DNA of 64,000 bases from Opitutales bacterium. GTDB taxonomy: Bacteria; Verrucomicrobiota; Verrucomicrobiia; Opitutales; UBA2987. Below the pieces are notes generated by a model. It was not told the DNA's origin. It saw only the letters and a list, made by a program, of their open reading frames with translations, and ran no database searches. Made by a program: the position numbers and the translations under genes. Positions within the stretch are counted from its first letter, which is position 1, and each line of letters opens with the position of its first letter. The stretch covers positions 224,001 to 288,000 of the forward strand of contig CBDDEL010000011.1 of NCBI GenBank assembly GCA_965226885.1, written 5' to 3'. Shown here one piece after another: positions 41,082-52,249 of the stretch.

Positions 41082-43600
41082 TGTAAACGCCGGGATGAAA
41101 CCGGTACGGGGGTCGGGGTAAAACCGGTACGCTTGGAATAAGGTTTAGGTTAGTAATTGCAGGTACGTCAAGGTTTAGGGTTTGGGAGTTGGTTTTGGGG
41201 ATTGGCTTGGGGTCGGTGAGGAGGCCGGAGGCCGACGAGCCGGGCCCAAGGCGTTTATTGTTTTGTGCCACGGCGACGGCGTCGAGCATCGCGCAAGCGG
41301 TAGCTTTGCCCGTTGGCTTCGAGGATATGCACCCGATGGGTGAGTCGGTCCAGCAGAGCTCCGGTGAGCCGTTCGGAACCGAGCACTTCGATCCAGTTCT
41401 CAAAGGGCAGGTTGGTGGTGACGATGAGACTGGTGCGCTCGTAAGCGCGGCTGACCACGTCGAAGAGCAGTTCGGAACCGGTCTTGGAAAAAGGGACGTA
41501 ACCGAGTTCGTCGAGGATGAGTAGGTCGAGCCTTTCGAGTTGCTTCATGAAGCGCTGCAGGTCGTGGTTGTCGCGTTGCTCGAGCATATGGGTAACCAGG
41601 GCGGTGACCCCGAAGAAACGGATCCGCGGGCCCTGGGCACAGGCGGCAAAGCCCAGGGCGGTGGCCAGGTGCGTTTTACCGGTACCGGCGTTACCGAGGA
41701 GCAGCACGTTTTCGCGCTGGTCGACATACTCCCCGCGCATGAGCTCTCGGATGAGCGCTTCGTTGATCGAGGGCTGCGCTTCAAAGGCGAAGCTCTCGAG
41801 GGTCTTGAGCACGGGGAAACGGGCGTTTTTGATCCGCCGCTGGGCGGCCCGCTGTTCGCGTTCAATGAGCTCCCGTTCGACCAGATGCAACAAAAAGGCG
41901 GCGTAATCGAGCCGGTCCCGGGAACAAGCCGCGGCCACCGCCGGCCATTCGCGCAGGATGGTGGGCAACTTCAGTTTCTTGAGGTGATGGTGTAACAGCA
42001 GCTGGTTTTTTTCTTCCTTCATAAAGCCCCTCCTGGAATCTTGAGCAGTTCGCTGTAGGCACCGAGGTCAGGGGCGGCCACACGGACGTGACGCAGGTGT
42101 GGATGGCCGTCCAGCCGGAAGGTTCTGCTCCCGTAGTCTTCCTGAGGATAGAGATACTGGGCGATGGCCTCACGAGTCAGTCCCCCCACCCGCAGGGCCG
42201 AGACGACGGCCTGCTGCAAGGCCGCCATGGGGTGTTTCTCCAACAGCCGCAGCACCCGGATATACTCCCGGGTGCCTTCGCCCCCGCATTGGCTTTCGAG
42301 CCGGCGTCTGAGGACCTGCAGGCACTGCGGCAACTGCCAGCCCGAGAGTGGGCGGGCGAAGTCCAAAGCGCCCGGTTTTTTCTCCAGCAAAGCCAGGTAG
42401 TGCACCGGCTCGAAAGAGACTTGCTCTTTATCCCAAATGCGGCGGTGCCGGGCCACCTCTTGGCCCCCACAGAAGATCATCACCTGCCGACAGGACCCTT
42501 CCACCACCACCGGATGGTGGGCGCAGCGCACCGGCACCGAATAGTCGTTGCACTCGAAGCGCACCAGCGAGAGGCTGCTGACGCAGGTCGAGCGTTTGCG
42601 GCTCGCTTCAAAGGGTATGGGCGGCAACGCCAGCATGACGGCGCGCTCCTCGGCCAGCAGTTCCTTTTTCACCGCCCTTTTCCCGCGTAATTTACGCTCC
42701 ATGTCCCGCTCACATGCCTCCAACAGCTTTGCGTTGAGTTCCTCCAGGTCCCGAACCTGCGGTACCGGTACCAGGAAGTTGGCCCGGGCATAACGCACGA
42801 TCCCCTCGACCACGCCCTTCTCGTTGGGCCGGGCGGGCAGACAGAAGTGTTCCTCGAACAGGTAATGGCTCTGTAGCTGCAGAAACCCGTCGGTCAGCTT
42901 GCGTTCACGCGAACCGATAATCTTACCCACCGCCACCTTCGAGTTGTCATAGCTGATGCGCCGGGGCACCGCCCCGAAAAACTCAAAAGCTCGCAGGTGC
43001 CCCTCCCAGAAGCTCTCCGTGCACTCCCGTTCGAACACCTGCACGAAAAAGGCATCGCTGTAGGGCAGGCTCATGGCAAAAAATGGCCGCCTACGCAATT
43101 GCCCCGCCTCCTTCACCAGGGCATGACCGAAGTCCACCTGTCCCTCCCCGGGGCGGTGCTCCAGCGGCACGAACACTTCCCGCCGCCTCGCTCGCGCAGC
43201 TCGGCCACCACCTCCTTGACCGCCGTGTAGCCCCCTTGGTAGCCCTTCTCCCGACCCAAACGCTGGTAGATCCGTTTGGCCGTATGGCGCTGCTTCTTGG
43301 GCACGTTCCGGTCCGCTTTGAGCACCTCCTCGATCCAGCCCACATACGGATCGATCTTGCGCTCTCGCCTCTTCTTGCGCCGGTATCCCGGCGGCTGGGA
43401 ATAGGCCAGCATCTTTCCCAGGGTCTCCCAGTGCAGTCCCTCTTCTCGCATTACAGAGCGCTTGCTCTGCTTGTCCCGCAGCACTTTGTGCCGCACTCTT
43501 GTCCATTGCTTCATATCTCGATACACTCCTCCTTTCTAGGATAAGCGTACCGGTTTTAAAGCGCCCTCTTTACCGTACCGGTTTTTCCCCGGCGTTTACA
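41082..43600 (-). mobile_element. IS21-family element; istA (42019-43526) frameshifted near 43190, istB 41255-42022
   Basis: IRs TGTAAACGCCGGG, internal AAACCGGTACG repeats, TTCGTG TSD, IstB GNAGTGKT/LDELGY, IstA QVDFG/YDN/KGVVE. Confidence 0.93.
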
Positions 43601-43973
43601 TTCGTGGCGATGGCTGCGGTTGGTCATCCATAAAGCCGAACACACCGCACAGGGGTCCAACCCGCGCTTCGTGGTGACGAACCTGCCGGGCGATCCCCAG
43701 GAGCTTTACGACAAGGTATACTGTGGCCGCGGTGAAATGGAGAACCGAATCAAGGAACAGATGCAATTGTTCAGCGAGCGCACCAGCGCCCATCAATGGT
43801 GGGCCAATCAGTGGCGAGTGCTCTTGTCGGCGCTGGCCTACACCTTGATGGAAGCCATGCGCCGGTTAGCCTTAAAAGGGACGAAGTGGGCGCGGGCCCA
43901 ATGCCACACCCTGCGGCTCAAATTAATCAAGATCGGAGCGGTCATCGTGCGCAACACCCGAACGATTCACTTT

Positions 43974-45298
43974 TGATGTGCACTGGAAAAAGTGGACACG
44001 AGATTCTCCTAAATGGAGAATCGAAGCATGGGAAGAAGACGCAGTATAGAGTTCAAAAATGAGGCAGTTCAACTGATGATACTCGATGGTCTGAGCGCCA
44101 CCGAGGTATCGACCAAACTTGGGGTCAACACCAACCAATTGTATAGGTGGAAGAGGCTCTATCTGGACGATCAGCAGGGCGAAGCCACCTCAAAGCGACA
44201 GAGCAGTCCGAAGGAGATGGCGGCCGAGATAGATCGTCTTCGCAAAGAGCTGCGCCGCTCGGAGCGGATCAACCAGATACTAAAAAAAACGGTGGGCTAC
44301 TTTGCCAAGGACGAACAATGAAGTACCAGTTTGTCAAAGACAACGAGGGGCGCTTCAAGATCGAGGAAATATGCTCGGCGATGGGGATTTGTCGCAGTGG
44401 CTATTACTGCTGGAGGCACCGAGCGCCCTCGGCCCGGCGGATCGAGGACGAGGGAATCAAGGGGGCGATCCTGAAGGTACACAAAGAGGCCAAGGGCCGC
44501 TATGGGCATCGGCCAATGCACCGCCATCTGAAGGATGATGAGGGCATCGATTGCGGCCGTGACCGGGCTCTGCGTCTGATGCGTGAAATGGGAATCAAAA
44601 GCACCCAGAGTAAACGCTTTAAGCCATTAAAAACCAACAGTAACCATCCCTATGGTTACAGCCCCAATGTGCTTAAAAAGCATGGCCAGCCGACCCATAT
44701 CGACGAGGTCTGGGTGGCGGACACGACCTACCTACGGACCCTGGCCGGTTGGATGTACTTGGCCACGGTGATGGACCTGTTCAGCCGACGCCTGCTGGGC
44801 TGGAGCGTTTCCAACCACAACGACGCGAAGCTGGTTGGCAAGGCCCTCAAAGCCGCGGCCATGACCCGCGGCACACTGCGCACCGGGATTATTCATCACA
44901 GCGATCGGGGCAGCCCCTACGCCAGCGACGACTATCAGAGGCTGGTCTCTGAACTAGGCATGAAGCCGAGCATGAGCGCCCAAGGCAACTGCTACGACAA
45001 CGCGGCCATGGAATCGTTCTACGGCCGCTTCAAGACCAGCACGATTCGAGGCCGCCACTTTGCCGACGAGCGCGAACTGCGATCAACTGTCTTCGAATAC
45101 GTGGAAATCTTCTACAACCGATATCGCAAACATTCCTCTCTGAGTTACCAAAGCCCAGTCCAATTCGAGGAAAATATTTGCCCCCCATGGGGGGCAACGA
45201 GAAAACAAAACCCTTTACCAAAACAAGCCGCCTGACACACTAATCAATAAACAATGAATATAAGAGAATCCCGTGTCCAACAAATCCAGTACACGTCA
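43974..45298 (+). mobile_element. IS3-family element (orfA about 44028-44321, orfB about 44318-45235)
   Basis: TG...CA IRs, CTTT TSD, A8 run at about 44282, WVADTTY, HSDRGS, ESFYGRFK. Confidence 0.93.
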
Positions 45299-45540
45299 CT
45301 TTCACCTAAGTGAGAGTTATCCTTGGGCCAGTCTTTTCAACCATGCGGCCCGCCGATTGGTGCCAACCTAAAGGGTGCATTGGTGCTGCCCCCGGCACTA
45401 CCGAACCAATGGGGGAAAGGGGGCAGTGTCTCTACACCCTGAAAAACACCTAAAAATCAAGACGATCTGCTCAAAATACAAAGAAATCCATCTCCAATAG
45501 CAATAACGAGCCAAACTTTACCCTTCATGAAATATCCGGG

Positions 45541-45764
45541 CTAACAGGATTTCTGGGGTCCTTTGTGTGTTTCCCTACTTCGGCGCGATCCAAGACTAGC
45601 CTTAACCATTCAGTCCGCGTTTTTTTATGTTTTTCCGGATGAGGTATTTCACCGTCAGGAATTTCCAGATAACGCGTCGTTCCAGGTTCATTACCAAATG
45701 AAGCTTCTTTCCCTTTAGGTTTTTTTATATTTCTCACGCTGATAAAAAAATTCGTCATAGTCAT
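45541..45764 (-). pseudogene. DUF900-like hydrolase, probable N-terminal piece
   Basis: AGGAG RBS, low-GC ORF running into the IS1380 end; assignment to the same gene is inferred. Confidence 0.6.
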
Positions 45765-46011
45765 AATTTACTCCTTTGGGTTGATGTTTTGTTGTAGGCT
45801 AATGTATTGCGGGCAGCAACTACGCAACCCATGATTAGGTTGCATGATAAAAATTTTGTCTGAGAGTATTGCAAGTTAGTTTGCAATTATTTTTCCGAGA
45901 TGAGAATTTATCAGAACTCCGCAATTTGCATTATTTGGATGGGAGGCTGAAAGTGGATGAGAGGGGCGATGATAATGATTTTTTGGCTTTGTTTCGCGCC
46001 TTTCTTGATTA

Positions 46012-48015
46012 TTGCAAATTGGGGGTTCCTTGATATCGCTAATACTTGATCTTGTGATACTTGTAATTCTATTGAATTTTTTTGGGCGGATTCTGGCGTT
46101 TTTTCCGGAGGCAGTGGCGCGGTGTGTCTGCTGCCTGTTGGGCGATCTTATCTTTTTTGCCCCGACGGGGCGGCGGGTGGTGCTTTTGTCCAATCTTCAC
46201 CATGCTTTTCCCGAAAAAACCGAAAGCTGGCGGCGTAGTATCGGGCGGGAGAGCTGCCGGCGGCTGGTGGAGACCGCTCTGTTTGCGATGGCTTCGCCTT
46301 ATTTTGATGAGAAACGCTGGCAGCGGGTGTTGACGATGCCGGAATCAACGCGGGCGGTGGTGGAGAAATTGAAAAGCGAGGAGGTGGGCGGCATCTCACT
46401 GATTCCGCATTTCACCTTGATGGAGACCTTGGCGGCGTTACCTCTTTTGATGGAGGGCCATTATTCCATGGCAACCATTTACCGGCCTTTTGACAACAAG
46501 AGCCTGGATCGTTGGTTACGCCGGTCGAGGGAACGTTTTGGGGGCCGTATGCTCTCCCGCAAAAAGGGTTTCGGCGAAACCCAGCGGATGATTCGGGAGG
46601 GCGGCTGGATTGGGGTCTTGTTCGACCAAAATGCTGGCGCCCGAGGCGTGCTTACTCACTTTTTCGGACGGGTGGCATCCACGACCGAGCTGCCAGCCCT
46701 GCTCTGCCGCAAATTCGATGTTTGCGCGGTCATAACCTATGGTGAACGGATCGCTTTTTGGCGGGGCCAACTGCGTATGCAGGTTCTCGATTATGCAAAC
46801 ACTCGGGAGGGCTTGATCCTGGCCTCCAATCGCTGGCTGGAAAACCATTTGAAATCTTCCGACAATGCCTGCGCGGACTGGCTTTGGCTGCACGACCGGT
46901 GGAAGACGCAGGATAATCCGATGAGGCGGCTTCGCCTGGAGCACAAGAAGAGCTATCTGGAGCCGTATCTTCGTTTTTGCGGGATGGAGAAGCATCCGAG
47001 GCAGACGCGCATTTGGGTGCGCATGCCGAACTGGCTGGGGGATGTGGTGATGGCCCTGCCGCTGCTCGAAGCCATCCGGGTTGGGAGGCCGGAGGCGGAA
47101 ATCACCGTGTTGGCTCGCGACGGTTTTCTGCCGCTTTTGCAACAACTGCCGTTTATCGATAATGTGATTCTCCTACCGGAAAAGAGTTATTCCTGGGCCT
47201 ATTTCGGATTTTTCCGGAACCTGAAACATCAATACCCGGACACCATTTTGCTATTGACCAACTCCTTGCGGGGAGATTTGGAAGCCTGGTTGACGGGCTG
47301 TCCCCAGTGTTTCGGAATGCTGCGCCGGGAAAAATGGCGGCCGCTGCTGACCCATCGCTGGAAGCTGCCCCCGGAACTGGATGAAACCAAGGTTCATCAA
47401 ACCAGGGTCTGGGAACAGTATCTGCGCTATTTCGGTTTGGCGGAGCCGCTCCATCTGGAGCCGGTATTTAACTGGCGGGAGGTCGAAAAGACGGGGCCTG
47501 TAGCGGATCTTGCAAAAATCGGATTGATCTGCGGGACGGAGAATCAACCTGAGAAACGCTGGCCGGTGGCCCGGTGGAGGGACCTGATCGAGCAACTGTT
47601 GTCGCACAATGAAAACCTGAGTTTCGTCCTTTTTGGAACGATCAATGACCGGCCTATTACGGATTCAGTGGCAAAAGGTTTGCCTGGCGAACTGGTTGAA
47701 AATCTGGCCGGTGAGACGAATCTGGCCGCCTTTTTGGAAAAATTACGGGAATGCCGCCTACTGTTGGGAAACGATACGGGAGGCGTCCACCTGGCCAATG
47801 CCCTGGGTGTGCCGGTGGTGGTTGTTTGCGGCCCCACCAATCCGCTGCGCACCGGCCCGGTATTTAAGGCTCCCGTGACCATCCTGCAACCGCCCGACTG
47901 CCCCCCGGAAGGCGGGATGCCGATTGATGAAGTGGCCGTGGAAAGGGTTGCCGAGGCGGCCCTTAAGCTATTTAAAGCGGAAAATGAGCAAAGTACCATG
48001 AATCCGACGCCGTGA
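46012..48015 (+). CDS. Fused lipid A acyltransferase (LpxL-like) and GT9 heptosyltransferase (WaaF-like)
   Basis: H-x4-E (PHFTLME), FDQ, WLWLHDRWK; then PNWLGDVVM, KRWP, NDTGGVHLA; start approximate. Confidence 0.88.
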   Translation: MQIGGSLISLILDLVILVILLNFFGRILAFFPEAVARCVCCLLGDLIFFAPTGRRVVLLSNLHHAFPEKTESWRRSIGRESCRRLVETALFAMASPYFDEKRWQRVLTMPESTRAVVEKLKSEEVGGISLIPHFTLMETLAALPLLMEGHYSMATIYRPFDNKSLDRWLRRSRERFGGRMLSRKKGFGETQRMIREGGWIGVLFDQNAGARGVLTHFFGRVASTTELPALLCRKFDVCAVITYGERIAFWRGQLRMQVLDYANTREGLILASNRWLENHLKSSDNACADWLWLHDRWKTQDNPMRRLRLEHKKSYLEPYLRFCGMEKHPRQTRIWVRMPNWLGDVVMALPLLEAIRVGRPEAEITVLARDGFLPLLQQLPFIDNVILLPEKSYSWAYFGFFRNLKHQYPDTILLLTNSLRGDLEAWLTGCPQCFGMLRREKWRPLLTHRWKLPPELDETKVHQTRVWEQYLRYFGLAEPLHLEPVFNWREVEKTGPVADLAKIGLICGTENQPEKRWPVARWRDLIEQLLSHNENLSFVLFGTINDRPITDSVAKGLPGELVENLAGETNLAAFLEKLRECRLLLGNDTGGVHLANALGVPVVVVCGPTNPLRTGPVFKAPVTILQPPDCPPEGGMPIDEVAVERVAEAALKLFKAENEQSTMNPTP

Positions 48016-49739
48016 AAAAACTGCTGCCTTATTTTTATCTTTTGAAGCGGGTGAAGTACGCTTTTCTGGGGGCACTGCTGGCGGGGCTTGTCTATGCGGC
48101 GATCAGTGGTTTCGGCTTGGCCTACATTTTGCAGGACATTCTACCGGAGCTTTATGGCGAGGAGGACATATCCAACTGGGCCCTGCTCCTGCTGGTGGCC
48201 AAGCTGCCGCTGGTATTTGCCCTGAGATCGATCGGGGGTTACCTGAACGCCGTACTGATAGCGTATTGCGGCTTGAAAATCCTGGAGGAAATCCGGCTCC
48301 GGGTTTTCGGGAGACTGCAGTATTTGCAATTGTCGTTTTTTCAAAAATACAACAGCGGGGACCTCCTCAGCCGGAGCATGAACGACACCGCGGTCTTGCA
48401 GCAAACAATTATCCAGGGCTCGAATGACCTGCTGATACAACCGTTTACATTGCTGGCGGCCATCGTTTATCTGGTTTGGACGGCGCTGCAAAACACGGGA
48501 TTGGGGTTCGTTCTGCTATTTTTATTGATGGTCCCGGTCTGCATCATGCCGATTCGCTACCTGGCCCGGAAATTGATCCTGCGGGCCAAGCAAGTGCAAA
48601 AGGAAATGGGGGTGGTGACGGAATATGAGCGGGAGAACCTGACCGCCATCCGCGAAGTGCGGGCCTTCAACCTGGAAAAAGAGCAAATCGAGGGTTTCAG
48701 GAAGCTGTTGCGGAAATTTTTCTATCTCCAGTTGAAGGTGACCCAATACTTCAAGGCCATCACCCCGAGCATAGAATTTATTACATCAATCGGTCTGGCT
48801 CTGGCAATTTTTTACGCCCGCAAAACGGATATCACCTTAGAGGAAGTGGTCCCCCTGGTGGTGGCGCTTTATTTTGCCTACGATCCGATCAAGAAAATCG
48901 GCGTCCTGCATGGGCAGTTGAAGAAGGGGCTGGTTTCCCTCGAACGTCTTGAAACCATTCTGGACGAGCCGATTGCCATAAAAGATGAGCCCGATGCCAT
49001 CGAGATGGAAAAAGTGGAGGGAAAAATCCGGTTTCAAAAAGTTGGGTTCAGCTACGGGGAAGGTCCGGTTTTAAAGGACGTCGACTGCCTTCTGGATGCG
49101 GGCAAGGTTTATGCCCTGGTGGGTCCGAGCGGGGCCGGCAAATCGACTTTCGCCAACCTCGTGCCCCGGTTTTTCGAGGTTAGCGCGGGGTCTATTCAAC
49201 TGGATGGGATCGACCTTCGCAAAATCAAGCTGGGGAGCCTGCGCGAGCAAATTTCGTTGGTCAGCCAGGATCCCATTCTCTTTAACGATACGATTTACAA
49301 CAATATCCTGCTGAGCCGTCCGGGAGCGAGTGGGGAAGAAATCCAGGAGGCCGCCCGCAAGGCTTACGCGCATTCGTTTATCGAGGATTTTGAAAATGGA
49401 TATGAGACGCTAGTGGGCGACCGCGGGGCACGCTTATCGGGGGGGCAAAAACAACGCGTGACCCTGGCCAGGGCTTTTCTAAAGAAGGCCCCCATTCTTA
49501 TTTTGGACGAGGCGACCTCGGCCCTCGACGGGGAGAGCGAACGGCAGATCCACGACGCCCTGGTGGAACTGGTTCGGGGAAAGACGGTCATTATTATTGC
49601 GCATCGTTTCAGCACCATTCAAATGGCAGATCTGATTTTTGTCTTCGATGAAGGGAAAATCATTGACCGCGGGACGCACGATCAACTCCATAAGAGTTGT
49701 TCATTCTACAGAAATGTCTATGACAACCGACTTTCATAA
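48012..49739 (+). CDS. msbA: MsbA-like ABC exporter
   Basis: TM domain, GPSGAGKS, LSGGQKQR, LDEATS; adjacent to LPS genes. Confidence 0.85.
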   Translation: MKKLLPYFYLLKRVKYAFLGALLAGLVYAAISGFGLAYILQDILPELYGEEDISNWALLLLVAKLPLVFALRSIGGYLNAVLIAYCGLKILEEIRLRVFGRLQYLQLSFFQKYNSGDLLSRSMNDTAVLQQTIIQGSNDLLIQPFTLLAAIVYLVWTALQNTGLGFVLLFLLMVPVCIMPIRYLARKLILRAKQVQKEMGVVTEYERENLTAIREVRAFNLEKEQIEGFRKLLRKFFYLQLKVTQYFKAITPSIEFITSIGLALAIFYARKTDITLEEVVPLVVALYFAYDPIKKIGVLHGQLKKGLVSLERLETILDEPIAIKDEPDAIEMEKVEGKIRFQKVGFSYGEGPVLKDVDCLLDAGKVYALVGPSGAGKSTFANLVPRFFEVSAGSIQLDGIDLRKIKLGSLREQISLVSQDPILFNDTIYNNILLSRPGASGEEIQEAARKAYAHSFIEDFENGYETLVGDRGARLSGGQKQRVTLARAFLKKAPILILDEATSALDGESERQIHDALVELVRGKTVIIIAHRFSTIQMADLIFVFDEGKIIDRGTHDQLHKSCSFYRNVYDNRLS

Positions 49740-49760
49740 ACATCCATTTGCGGTTAAATC

Positions 49761-50477
49761 ATGAGCCCAGGCAAAGTCCTATTGTCCATTCCCGGCTTGC
49801 AGCGGGACATCGTCGAAATTGACGGCATAAAAGTGCGCGTCAAGGACCTGCCCACGAGCCGCAAAATCCGTCGTCATTTGAGACGCGGGCAATATGAAAA
49901 CCCGGAACGGGAGATGGTCAAAAAATTCCTCAAACCCGGCGACCAGGTACTCGAATTGGGCGCTTCGCTCGGCGTGGTGGCCTGTTTTATCGGTCGGCAA
50001 ACAGACCCTGGCGGACGCCTGGTCAGCGTCGAGCCCAATATCGACCTGAAACCGTTTTATGAGCGGCAAATGAAACTCAACGGCTATCAGTCAAATTGGA
50101 TCAACGTTCTCTGCTGTCCCATCTGGGAAAACGAACTGCCCTCCCTGACCGCTTTGAAGGTTTATTTCCCTTCCGAGGATAACCGCTTGGGCCGGGCCAA
50201 GCCAAGCGCCGATGGGGGCCGCGACATTCCCTGGGAAACGGCCGAAGCGGTCTGCCAGGAATATTCGCTGGAACCCGATGCCGTCGTTATGGATATCGAA
50301 GGGGCGGAAGAGGTCTGGACAAAAATACCTCCCTGTTTTCCACCCTCGGTGCTGATCGTCATTGCGGAATTCCACCACCAGATTTACGGAATCGAAACCT
50401 CCGTGCAGGCGGTGCTCGATGATGGCTTTAAAATGGCCGCCTATCAGCACAATGTGATCGCTTTCGAAAGAAGTTAA
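49761..50477 (+). CDS. FkbM-family methyltransferase
   Basis: VLELGASLG, VEPN, MDIEGAE. Confidence 0.82.
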   Translation: MSPGKVLLSIPGLQRDIVEIDGIKVRVKDLPTSRKIRRHLRRGQYENPEREMVKKFLKPGDQVLELGASLGVVACFIGRQTDPGGRLVSVEPNIDLKPFYERQMKLNGYQSNWINVLCCPIWENELPSLTALKVYFPSEDNRLGRAKPSADGGRDIPWETAEAVCQEYSLEPDAVVMDIEGAEEVWTKIPPCFPPSVLIVIAEFHHQIYGIETSVQAVLDDGFKMAAYQHNVIAFERS

Positions 50478-50522
50478 TTGGGCTTTCGATTTACTGGATA
50501 AATACCTCGACCTCAAGAGTAA

Positions 50523-51206
50523 ATGGATGTTCGGGCCATAACCTTCGATGCGGGAGGGACGCTGATCCGGCCCTACCCATCGGTGGGCGAGATTTACTTT
50601 GAGACGCTGAGAGGTTTTGGGATCGAAGTCGATCCGCAGGAAGTGGAAAAAGATTTTCGAGTCGCTTTTAATGAAACGGTTCGGAGAGGGAATGATAAAA
50701 GGGTCAGTAACGAGTCTGAACGGGTGTTTTGGCAGAGGGTGGTTCGGAATTGTCTGGGCCGGCATATTCCTCCCGATATTTTCGATAAGGTATTCGATGA
50801 ACTCTACGACACATTCGTCTCGGCAAGCCGCTGGCAACTGGCCGAAGATGCCCTGCCAATCCTGAAAGAGTTGCGCCACCGCGGCTACCGCCTGGCCATC
50901 CTGAGCAACGCCGACAGCCGGTTCTGCCAAGTATTCAAGGAAATGGGTCTGACCGACCTGATGGAGGCAATTTTTATCTCCAGCGAAATCGGTTACGAAA
51001 AACCCGACCTCAGAATATTCCGGCACGTTGAAAAAACCCTCAAATTGTCCCCGCCGCAGATCCTCCACATCGGCGACAGCCCCCGCCACGACGCCGAGGG
51101 CGCCGCCAACGCCGGCTGGCAATACCGGTTGCTCAAGTATGAAACCTCCCACCTGGAATATCCGTGCATCAACACTTTGGGCGAAATTCTCGGGGTAGTT
51201 TCATAA
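50523..51206 (+). CDS. HAD-IA hydrolase
   Basis: FDAGGTL, LSNAD, EKPD..IF, HIGDS..D. Confidence 0.9.
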   Translation: MDVRAITFDAGGTLIRPYPSVGEIYFETLRGFGIEVDPQEVEKDFRVAFNETVRRGNDKRVSNESERVFWQRVVRNCLGRHIPPDIFDKVFDELYDTFVSASRWQLAEDALPILKELRHRGYRLAILSNADSRFCQVFKEMGLTDLMEAIFISSEIGYEKPDLRIFRHVEKTLKLSPPQILHIGDSPRHDAEGAANAGWQYRLLKYETSHLEYPCINTLGEILGVVS

Positions 51207-51272
51207 GAGCCTCGATTGGCGGCTTGGCGTATATTCGTCCTTGCCTCGGTGAAAGGGCTACTTTTTTCTAAT

Positions 51273-51308
51273 GTAAACACTCGCGCCGCCGTAAACACTC
51301 GCGCCGCC
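51273..51308. repeat. 18-bp perfect tandem duplication
   Basis: GTAAACACTCGCGCCGCC x2. Confidence 0.95.
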
Positions 51309-51323
51309 TACCGAAATCAAAGA

Positions 51324-51692
51324 ATGAAATATTCACGCAAGGTTGAAAATTTGATAGCCAACTTGCGTTCTCTACCGGAGGATAAAAATCGATCCTTCCT
51401 GAGCGAGCCGTTTAAGGCGGACACCCTGATGGAGGTCATTCTGGAGCGGCACAATCTGGGCAAACCGAGGCCCGAACAGGTCATCCTGGAAAACTGGAAG
51501 CATATCATGGGGGTGGAGAATGCTCCGCGCACCTTTCCCACGAAGATCATCCGCAAGCGGCGACTGCTGGTCTCCGTGGCCAACGCCACCTTGCGGCAGG
51601 AAATCTCCTTTCATCGGCACATGATACTTAATCGTATACGGCGTCTGCCCGGTTGTGAGGGGATTAAAGAACTGACGTTTACGACTGGGTAG
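51324..51692 (+). CDS. DUF721/DciA-family protein
   Basis: W..IMG..L.V.V.N..LRQE..F...IL pattern. Confidence 0.72.
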   Translation: MKYSRKVENLIANLRSLPEDKNRSFLSEPFKADTLMEVILERHNLGKPRPEQVILENWKHIMGVENAPRTFPTKIIRKRRLLVSVANATLRQEISFHRHMILNRIRRLPGCEGIKELTFTTG

Positions 51693-51704
51693 GAAAAAGG
51701 AGAC

Positions 51705-51779
51705 AGGTGTCAGGTTTCAGGTGTCAGGTTTCGAAAATTGCGCATCCTGCATCCCCACGATTCCTGAAACCTGAGACCT
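51705..51779. repeat. Heptamer-repeat inverted element, copy 2
   Basis: AGGTGTC AGGTTTC AGGTGTC AGGTTTC, 30-nt spacer, CCTGAAA CCTGAGA CCT. Confidence 0.85.
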
Positions 51780-51863
51780 TTTAATAATTTGCTTGCCAAG
51801 ATGGACGGGAAAGCCATTTTCTTCACTTTCGCGTTGAGAAGAGTGTCTCCAGAGGGGCTTTTC

Positions 51864-51962
51864 CGCGGCTTGTCCGGTTGAATTTTCGAGGCCGGATGAA
51901 ACGGTGATTCCGGCTTGGGCTGGAACACGGATTCGGTATCCACCCAATCCCTTCAAGCCGTG
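51864..51962 (+). promoter_or_regulatory. Putative structured rpsO leader
   Basis: CGGCTTG (two copies) complementary to CAAGCCG near the RBS; internal TCCGG/CCGGA stem. Confidence 0.45.
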
Positions 51963-51978
51963 AAATAGAGTAAGGAAA

Positions 51979-52245
51979 ATGACAACTACAATAATAAAAG
52001 AACCGATTATAAAGGACTATCGAAAGCACGATAATGACACGGGATCCTGCGAGGTGCAAATCGCCTTGTTGACCGCGAGGGTGAATCATTTAACGCAACA
52101 TTTGCGCACCCATCGAAAAGATTATCATTCCCGTCGCGGCCTCATAGCTATGACAAGCCGCCGCAGAAAGCTGCTGGATTACGTAAAAAAGCACGACGTC
52201 GAAAAATATCAAGAACTACTAAAACGCCTCAACTTACGCCGCTAA
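51979..52245 (+). CDS. rpsO: 30S ribosomal protein S15
   Basis: DTGSCEVQIALLT, HSRRGL, L.LRR. Confidence 0.98.
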   Translation: MTTTIIKEPIIKDYRKHDNDTGSCEVQIALLTARVNHLTQHLRTHRKDYHSRRGLIAMTSRRRKLLDYVKKHDVEKYQELLKRLNLRR

Positions 52246-52249
52246 AGGC

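Larger units (their letters stand above)
40120..45540 (+). mobile_element. IS1380 copy 5, interrupted by IS21 and IS3 elements
   Basis: Removing both inserts and one TSD copy each restores 1567 bp. Confidence 0.93.

Noticed and set aside
45810..45850. GCAACC/GGTTGC palindrome as an integron attC or recombination site
   Set aside because: Lacks attC box architecture and there is no integrase; it could be an operator but this is unsupported.
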